The notes below the pieces were generated by a model. The model ran no database searches. It had not been told where the DNA came from and worked only from the letters and a program-made list of their open reading frames with translations. A DNA stretch of 53,506 nucleotides from a virus (lineage: Duplodnaviria > Caudoviricetes), in IMG/VR virus record IMGVR_UViG_3300044618_002464, positions 1 through 53,506 of that record; one strand, written 5' to 3'. Both the position numbers and the translations under genes were made by a program. Positions 47,121-53,506 of this stretch are shown piece by piece (position 1 is the stretch's first letter; each line of letters starts with the position of its first letter).

Positions 47121-48487
47121 TATTTATTATTCCAAATTCCAATTAATGAACCTAAAGGCAATAATGTAAAGTTTAAATAACTACCATCTTGACCATAATG
47201 TCTGTTATATGTTGCTACTATTCCATGTTCCATATCACAATTACCTATATTCATAATGCTCCCCAATAAATTACTTATATCTTCTGGTAAAAATTTATCA
47301 TCTAATGATACTTTACCTATAAAATGATTGTAATCTTTTAATTTATCAGCTAATGAATCTGCTGTCAATAATGCTTGATAATAAGAAAAAGCATTATTTT
47401 GTTTAACATCAGCATTTATGTTTTTCATATATTTATCAGGTTGAGTGTTTATTTGATTTAAAATTGCTTGAAACTCTGCACTGCCAATAATGTTACTACT
47501 TATTTGTGTTGTTTCAATAATTCCACTCCACCAACCTTTATTTTTTAAAGTATATACCCTTGGAAAATATTTTTCACTTGGCGCATATGTCAATATAAAA
47601 ACTTTTGCATCTTCTGCATTTGAAATATCAGGAGATAAAATATTGTAATTACTAATAAACAGTGGCACACTGGTTGCATGTTCAATATATTTATAACCTA
47701 ATAATGCAACATTATCACCTGCTTTAAACTTTGGATTTAGCGCATCATTAAATATACTATTTTGTGTTATATCAACATTGAAAGGAGATAATGTTTTATC
47801 ATCTAATCCTCTAATAATTATTTTACCTGATTCATTTTGATATATCACAACATTCATACACTTTAAAGATGATCTTAAAACTTCATCTCTATTAACGCCA
47901 CTAGTTGCTAAAACAAAAGTATCTTTTGATAAATCTTGATAATTGATTTTATCTTGTTCCCAATAATTTTTATAAAAAGTATTATCAATTATTAAATTTA
48001 AAAATTGTTCAGTGTTAACTTTTTGTGCATAATCACTGATCAACATTAATTGTGCATTTAAATTGGTTAACTTTTGAATTTGTTTTATCTGATCTGATGA
48101 AAAAATAAAAGGTATTTTGGTTAATTGAAAGATACTTTGCACCAAAGTTAATATTACTATAGGTCCTGTTTCTGGACTTACTTCATAAGTTACTAAGTCT
48201 ATATTACCTTGAAACACAATAACGCCATTATCTGCAACTTCTACTAACTGACCGCTTCTTAATGTATTCTTTTTTGTTTGGGGTTGATTAAGCCCAAGTA
48301 TTAATAAAGATGGTGTTAAAGATGATGTTAAAGAATAGTTTAAATCACATAATAAAAATTTATATTCTTTAGTTACAGAAACTCCATTAATATAACCATC
48401 GTCTGTGTCATCTGCTGTTAAATTAAATGAATATTCAACATCATTTGCATCATCTAATGGGTATATTAATAATTGTGTTTTTCTCAT
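47120..48487 (-). CDS. Baseplate hub (Mu gp44 / P2 gpD-like)
   Basis: LRSGQLVEV..NGVIVFQGNID and YQNESGKIII motifs; follows the TMP. Confidence 0.7.
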   Translation of the reverse strand: MRKTQLLIYPLDDANDVEYSFNLTADDTDDGYINGVSVTKEYKFLLCDLNYSLTSSLTPSLLILGLNQPQTKKNTLRSGQLVEVADNGVIVFQGNIDLVTYEVSPETGPIVILTLVQSIFQLTKIPFIFSSDQIKQIQKLTNLNAQLMLISDYAQKVNTEQFLNLIIDNTFYKNYWEQDKINYQDLSKDTFVLATSGVNRDEVLRSSLKCMNVVIYQNESGKIIIRGLDDKTLSPFNVDITQNSIFNDALNPKFKAGDNVALLGYKYIEHATSVPLFISNYNILSPDISNAEDAKVFILTYAPSEKYFPRVYTLKNKGWWSGIIETTQISSNIIGSAEFQAILNQINTQPDKYMKNINADVKQNNAFSYYQALLTADSLADKLKDYNHFIGKVSLDDKFLPEDISNLLGSIMNIGNCDMEHGIVATYNRHYGQDGSYLNFTLLPLGSLIGIWNNK

Positions 48488-48489
48488 AA

Positions 48490-48894
48490 CTATTCTTTAA
48501 AACCTTGTACATATTTTTCTGTGATTTTAGGTAAATGTCTTTTTCCTAGTAAATATTTTGTTAAATTACCAGGTCCCATGTTATAGGCCATTAATCCTAA
48601 AGTGTAATTACCAAATTGATGGGTCAAGTCTTTTAAATAATGAGCACTAACATTTAAATTTTCTTGATAATATTTGGGATTTCCTGCTAAATTATAACTT
48701 ATTTTACTGTATTTATCCCAAACATCTTTACTTACTTGCCCTACTCCTTGAGTATATCCAGTAGGATCGCTTCCTATATTAATATTACCCTTGCTTTCAT
48801 TATACACTAACCTATTAAATGCTTTTGGATTTATATGAAATTTATAGGCTGTACTTAAAACCGCCCCTTGTATGTCTACAGGAGCGGAAAGAAG
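48490..48894 (-). CDS. Lytic transglycosylase (SLT) domain, predicted to be expressed as a -1 frameshift fusion to the TMP
   Basis: AYKFHINP...LVYNES, GVGQV, LMAYNMGPG and TEKYV SLT motifs; frame open from the slippery site, with no ATG upstream of the catalytic Glu. Confidence 0.8.
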   Translation of the reverse strand, partial: LLSAPVDIQGAVLSTAYKFHINPKAFNRLVYNESKGNINIGSDPTGYTQGVGQVSKDVWDKYSKISYNLAGNPKYYQENLNVSAHYLKDLTHQFGNYTLGLMAYNMGPGNLTKYLLGKRHLPKITEKYVQGFKE

Positions 48895-48917
48895 TTTTTT
48901 GTTGGGTCTGTCCCTTT
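48861..48917 (-). promoter_or_regulatory. -1 programmed ribosomal frameshift signal
   Basis: AAAGGGA, 10 nt, A_AAA_AAC (48900-894), 6 nt, hairpin CCGCTCCTGTA-GACA-TACAAGGGGCGG. Confidence 0.8.
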
Positions 48918-50699
48918 AGGGTGTACCATAGGAGACATACCGGTATAACCACCACTACTGCCACCAGAAGATGAACTATTACCACCATTGTCAATAACAG
49001 TAACATGCTGTGCTGATACTTGTAGACTAGATATATCTTTTAAACCTTGTTGTAATGAAGTGATAATATCAACACCTAATTTCTGTGCAACATTTTCACT
49101 TGCATCTAAACCATCATTACTCGGATTTTTAAATACTTGAGCTCTTTCTCTATTTAATGCAATAATTTTTTCTGGTGAAAATCCAAATTTACCGGCAACA
49201 GCTAAATCTAAGCCATAACTATTAATATCTTTAGTATCACCAGACATAAAACTTTGTGCATGTTGTACTAATTCATTTATCTTGTCTGCTTTACCACTTA
49301 ATTTACCAGTTCTTAATGTTGTATTCCAGTCTATACCCATTGCTTGTTTTAATGCTTCATTTCTAGCAAATTGAGAAATATCTTCATTTGCATATTCAGA
49401 TACAGCGCTAGAAATATGAGGATTATATTGTGAGTTATAAGCTAACTCTCTTGATAAATCTTTACTGTATCCTATTGTCATTAAATTTAATGCTGTTTGA
49501 TTTGTTTGTTCAGAATAACCATAACCAAATTTATTACGAGCATCTTTAATATCTTCACTGAAAGATTCCAATGATTTACCAGTAACAATCTGATACTGTG
49601 TTGCTTGAGTAGTTAACTTTGCAAAAGAATCCACAGCAAAACCTGCTTTGGTAAAATTCTGTGCTACTGCTGACAGATTTTCATTTAATGGATTGCTTCC
49701 CATATAAGGAACGATATTATTTAATATTGAATTGTAGTTTAAGTCTGAACCATACTTTTTCTCAAACTGTGCTGACAATGGTGCATTTATAGCTGAACCA
49801 CCAGTTATTTTACTTGATGCTAATTCATAATTGCTTTTATTTAAACCAAAGCGACTAAATCCTGTTGACCATTCAGAAACAGAAGCTGATGCCATTCTTT
49901 CTGATATAGCAGATTTTAAAGCTGTTTCAACTTCTATTTTTTGATTTTTTTCAGCGGCCGACAATGTACCATAACCACCACCCAACAATGCACCGCCATA
50001 TTTACCATATCTTGAACCATACTTTGCCCCTTCATATGTACCAACTGCTAAACCTGGTAAATTCCCAACTGTAAACCCTGCAATACCACCAGTTAACCCA
50101 CCCAAAATACCACCGCCAATACCTCCAACAGTTCCCCATATTCCCTGACTTTTTGCAAGGTTATTAGATATTTGTTGTTCTTTGTTGACAGAATATAAAT
50201 TAGCAATGTATCCATTAAAAGATTGATTTGCATTACCTTTTATTGCTTCTTGAATAAAACCACCTTGACTAGTGGCTCTACCCATGATTGCATTTGCTTC
50301 ATTATTCATGTATCTAGTAGCGGTAACAGTCAAGCCAGTTAATAATGTTGCACCAATTAATTTACCTGTACTTGCACCAATTGATGAAAATATCTGATTA
50401 AATGATTGCTGTTGTTTATTAAGCCAATCCTGAAATACTTGTACCTGTTCATCATTTGGAAAGTCGTTAGGATTACGATCAAATTCAGGATTTCTCGAGT
50501 ATTTTGGCTCTTTATTTGATTCACTGTTTACTGCATTACCTGCTTTATTGTCAAAATTTAAATTCAATTTGTCTATTGATGAATTTAATTTTGATAAAAT
50601 ATCTGCTAAATATTGAAAACTTGCATTATTATTACCTGACATATCAGATATATTATCATCACCACCAACAAATTGAATTTGAATCTTATGATCAGACAT
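48876..50699 (-). CDS. Tape measure protein
   Basis: 607 aa after tube and chaperone genes; A/G/S-rich with a glycine-zipper hydrophobic region. Confidence 0.8.
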   Translation of the reverse strand: MSDHKIQIQFVGGDDNISDMSGNNNASFQYLADILSKLNSSIDKLNLNFDNKAGNAVNSESNKEPKYSRNPEFDRNPNDFPNDEQVQVFQDWLNKQQQSFNQIFSSIGASTGKLIGATLLTGLTVTATRYMNNEANAIMGRATSQGGFIQEAIKGNANQSFNGYIANLYSVNKEQQISNNLAKSQGIWGTVGGIGGGILGGLTGGIAGFTVGNLPGLAVGTYEGAKYGSRYGKYGGALLGGGYGTLSAAEKNQKIEVETALKSAISERMASASVSEWSTGFSRFGLNKSNYELASSKITGGSAINAPLSAQFEKKYGSDLNYNSILNNIVPYMGSNPLNENLSAVAQNFTKAGFAVDSFAKLTTQATQYQIVTGKSLESFSEDIKDARNKFGYGYSEQTNQTALNLMTIGYSKDLSRELAYNSQYNPHISSAVSEYANEDISQFARNEALKQAMGIDWNTTLRTGKLSGKADKINELVQHAQSFMSGDTKDINSYGLDLAVAGKFGFSPEKIIALNRERAQVFKNPSNDGLDASENVAQKLGVDIITSLQQGLKDISSLQVSAQHVTVIDNGGNSSSSGGSSGGYTGMSPMVHPKGTDPTKNFFPLL

Positions 50700-50701
50700 T
50701 T

Positions 50702-50869
50702 TTATTTTGTCCTTTCTTGCTCGATTTTATTTACAATTAACTTTAACCACATTAAGTATTCAAAACGGATTGCATCTTCTCTTCCAGGCTTCTGCAAGAG
50801 ATCGCTAATGAACGAGCTATTTGTCGTAAGCTCAATAAGTCTAAGGTATTCAAAAGTTCTGGCTTTTTT
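50702..50869 (-). CDS. Tail chaperone -1 frameshift extension (gpGT-like)
   Basis: GTA AAA AAA AAG slippery run; -1 frame open for 53 codons and stopping 2 nt before the TMP ATG. Confidence 0.7.
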   Translation of the reverse strand, partial: KKARTFEYLRLIELTTNSSFISDLLQKPGREDAIRFEYLMWLKLIVNKIEQERTK

Positions 50870-51384
50870 TTTACTGCTTTTTCAATATTGATTCTTTCAT
50901 CTTCTGACATCTGTGTTGGTCTAATAGTGCATTCTTTTACCCAGTTAGCATAGATTTCAAATAAATCATTTAACATACCTAATGGCAACCAACCTAAATC
51001 TTCTAATGTTAAAGTTTCTTTGCTTTTTTCTTTTACTGGTGATTTAGTGTTTGCTTTATATAATGTAACAAGCATTTTTCTTAATGAAATTCTAATGTCA
51101 TCTCTTATATTGTTTTCATCACAGAATTTTATAACTTCTGATTCTATATCAAAATTTTCTTGTGCTGATAATATTCTTAATTCAAGCTCTATTCCGTTTA
51201 TTTCAATATTGGTATATGTACCAACACCATATTGAACAAAGTCCAATATCTTATTTAATTTCATTGCTTGAAAAGTTTTATCAAGATCAGTATTTTCAAT
51301 TGGCTTTTCTTTTATATCACTAATTACATTTCTATTATTAGTGGTCATTGCTTGTATTCTTTGTAATTTTTCTTGTCTATCCAT
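50752..51384 (-). CDS. Tail assembly chaperone (gpG-like)
   Basis: Between tube and TMP; ELRILSAQE...VKKK pattern. Confidence 0.75.
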   Translation of the reverse strand: MDRQEKLQRIQAMTTNNRNVISDIKEKPIENTDLDKTFQAMKLNKILDFVQYGVGTYTNIEINGIELELRILSAQENFDIESEVIKFCDENNIRDDIRISLRKMLVTLYKANTKSPVKEKSKETLTLEDLGWLPLGMLNDLFEIYANWVKECTIRPTQMSEDERINIEKAVKKKPELLNTLDLLSLRQIARSLAISCRSLEEKMQSVLNT

Positions 51385-51386
51385 TT

Positions 51387-51827
51387 TTATAATCCTGATA
51401 CTCTAGTTGCTATAAAGCTAACTGATCTTGTTAATTCTTCACCCTCACCATCACCATTTATACCATTACCAGTGGGGTTAATTCCTGAAATAATATAATG
51501 ATAAGGTAATGCAATATCTTTACCATCTGCTGAAACTTTAAAAGGTATTATGCTTATCTGCATATCTGGATTTGCTTTGCATAATTCCCTAAAATTAATG
51601 TATTTTTCTGTATCTGGTAATATTTCTTTCCAGCTAACTGAATATTCAGTATTACCCATTGTTGTACCTAAAGGCAATCCGTCAGGTGTCATACTTTTTA
51701 ATGCTTTAGAATTAGTTGCTCCACCAATTCTAAAGTTTTGAATATATCCATCTAAATATGCAATTCCATCTATATTTATTTTTGCACGATCCCACTGTAC
51801 TAATGTACCTGAATTAACTCCTGCCAT
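51387..51827 (-). CDS. Tail tube protein
   Basis: 146 aa directly after the sheath; GEELTRSVSFIA C-terminal pattern. Confidence 0.75.
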   Translation of the reverse strand: MAGVNSGTLVQWDRAKINIDGIAYLDGYIQNFRIGGATNSKALKSMTPDGLPLGTTMGNTEYSVSWKEILPDTEKYINFRELCKANPDMQISIIPFKVSADGKDIALPYHYIISGINPTGNGINGDGEGEELTRSVSFIATRVSGL

Positions 51828-51843
51828 TTTTATTTATCCTTTT

Positions 51844-53379
51844 TTAAAATGAAGTGATTAATGAACTAAAAATATTGAATGTAATATCAACACCTTGTAA
51901 ACCAGGTATAATTTGTAAAGGTATTGAAGCTAATATATCTTTAGCATTTTTAGAGTCTGCTATTACTATTACTTTATTTTGATATAAATTAACATTTTCT
52001 AACATTCCGTTTGCTTCTGCATCAACTAAAATTTGAATTATACCTGCTCTAAATTGCTCTCTAAAGTCTGGTGAATTGAAAGCAATCCCTCTGTTGTTTG
52101 GCAATTCTTTTATAACATTAAAATAATCACATGCTTCTTGTTTAATATATCTAATTGAATCTTGTACATTTGTTTGATTAAATTCTGTATTAGTTGTTGT
52201 TGTGTTTGGTAAAGTCGTTCCACTTGTGTTACTACTCAAAAATTCTACCAAATTAAGTGTAATATTAGCACCCAATACCAACCACCCTTGTTCAATTGCT
52301 ATATCACCATTACCACCTTCTTGGCGATCATATGATGTTGTTGAAGCAACACTGCTTACAGGTAACATCATTTTTGCTGTTGTCAACAATGGGAAAGGAA
52401 TATCACCATTTGCGTACATGTATGCAACAGCACTAGCAACAGCACCAGAACCAACATTTTGCTCTGCATTGTCTAATGGCACATCACCAAATTGACATAC
52501 ATAAGGGTATGTTGGTAATATCAAATTGTAATCATTTGGAGATGGTAAATTTGCAGATTGATTTGGTAAAGATGTTATATTTCCTGCAATTCCATATGTT
52601 CCATAGTGTTTTAATAATCCTTGATTACCTAAATTCAATTGTTTAACAATACCAAAGAAATCACCATATTTTGTGGTAATATCAGTAATTACATTAATCG
52701 GATATTGTAAAACACAAGCATATAAGTTAAGGCCATTTAAATATTGACCTGCATTTTGTGTTGAATCTAAAGTTATTGTGAATGTTTTTGTAACATCAAA
52801 AGCACCACCAGTTACATTTGTTACAGAAACTCTTACAGTTCCAGATGTTGATGATGTTTGAAATACATTAAATCCATTATATATACCAGTTACAGTTGTT
52901 GTTGCATATTCAACTTTTTCTATTTGAGTTATTGAACCAGTATTTAACTTTAACAAATCATTAAATGGTTGATCAGGTGATACATTTAATTTTGCTTCAT
53001 CAGTGTTTAAACATAATACTAAATTACCATTTTCACCATCTTCGCTATTCCATTGTACAGTTGCTTTTGTATAACCTGACATTATCAACATATCTTGAGA
53101 ATAAGAAACAACCCAATCCATAGTTGGGTCACCATTTACAAAAGTCCTTGAAGGTGTAATAGTATCACCATTAATCTTAGTTATTGAAAATGAAATTACA
53201 GTAGGATTGTTTTTATTGTCAATAATATATTGTATAATTTCACTTGCTTTTATATCACCACTAGTTAAAATTGTACTGTTTAAATCTGTTAATACTTGAG
53301 ATACAGCTGAATTACCAAGTGGAGTTGTTGGCAAGAAACCAAAATTATTTAAAGTTGAAATATCTGTATATTGAAAATC
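51844..53379 (-). CDS. Tail sheath protein, 3' part (continues from 714->1)
   Basis: C-terminal DSIRYIK...GMLENV...IPLQIIPGLQGV resembles Mu gpL-type sheath; frame open through the origin. Confidence 0.85.
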   Translation of the reverse strand, partial: DFQYTDISTLNNFGFLPTTPLGNSAVSQVLTDLNSTILTSGDIKASEIIQYIIDNKNNPTVISFSITKINGDTITPSRTFVNGDPTMDWVVSYSQDMLIMSGYTKATVQWNSEDGENGNLVLCLNTDEAKLNVSPDQPFNDLLKLNTGSITQIEKVEYATTTVTGIYNGFNVFQTSSTSGTVRVSVTNVTGGAFDVTKTFTITLDSTQNAGQYLNGLNLYACVLQYPINVITDITTKYGDFFGIVKQLNLGNQGLLKHYGTYGIAGNITSLPNQSANLPSPNDYNLILPTYPYVCQFGDVPLDNAEQNVGSGAVASAVAYMYANGDIPFPLLTTAKMMLPVSSVASTTSYDRQEGGNGDIAIEQGWLVLGANITLNLVEFLSSNTSGTTLPNTTTTNTEFNQTNVQDSIRYIKQEACDYFNVIKELPNNRGIAFNSPDFREQFRAGIIQILVDAEANGMLENVNLYQNKVIVIADSKNAKDILASIPLQIIPGLQGVDITFNIFSSLITSF

Positions 53380-53506
53380 TAAAAATACACTTCCGTCTGC
53401 ATTTACTGTTATTTTGTTTGCTGTTTGTAAAGTAAACGGTGTACTGTTAGGAGATACAGAAGCACTATTATCAGGTATTATTGATAATAATGCAGTTGGA
53501 TAACCT
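53380..53506. repeat. Terminal direct repeat, right copy (assembly overlap)
   Basis: Identical to 1-127. Confidence 0.95.

Noticed and set aside
48490-48807. Stand-alone 105-aa SLT gene starting at GTG 48807
   Set aside because: It would begin three residues before the catalytic Glu and lack the domain's N-terminal helices, which are encoded in frame upstream; better explained by the frameshift, although a weak AGG upstream means minor initiation is not excluded.
1468-52495. Short opposite-strand ORFs in the track (e.g. 1468, 5547, 6583, 8188, 9573, 10731, 20810, 22340, 38902, 50504, 52202)
   Set aside because: They are nested antisense to well-supported genes, with no RBS or recognisable motifs.
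53380-53506. 127-bp terminal repeat as a biological DTR or att site
   Set aside because: The length equals a standard assembler k-mer and it falls mid-gene in the sheath; it is an assembly overlap.
1-53506. Alternative genetic code (stop reassignment)
   Set aside because: Code 11 gives dense, full-length genes; TAG and TGA terminate genes at sensible overlaps; no suppressor tRNA was seen.

Overview
The window looks like a complete, circularly assembled genome (53,379 bp plus a 127-bp terminal overlap) of a very AT-rich (roughly 25% GC by eye) contractile-tailed phage with Mu-like morphogenesis genes. Minus-strand late genes (ParB-like protein, C5 methylase, terminases, head, tail, baseplate, fibres) wrap around the origin. 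A plus-strand early/replication arm (14.1-35.1 kb) carries many small ORFs, an N6/N4 methylase, a J-domain protein, YqaJ/ERF/PD-(D/E)XK recombination genes, a DUF6291-type initiator with internal 11-bp iterons, RusA and SSB. I could not recognise an integrase, a DNA polymerase or a stand-alone endolysin. Two features stand out. (1) A predicted ~68-nt antisense sRNA (21822-21889, minus strand, with its own sigma70 promoter and terminator) has a loop complementary to an extended RBS motif (TTGAAAGGAAACAAAAA) repeated in front of 10 or more early genes, suggesting a one-RNA translational switch for the early regulon; three further antisense sRNA candidates accompany it. (2) A dnaX-like -1 frameshift signal at the end of the tape measure gene would fuse a lytic transglycosylase domain onto the TMP, in addition to the canonical tail-chaperone frameshift just upstream. 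All calls come from reading the sequence by eye; no database search or folding computation was run.
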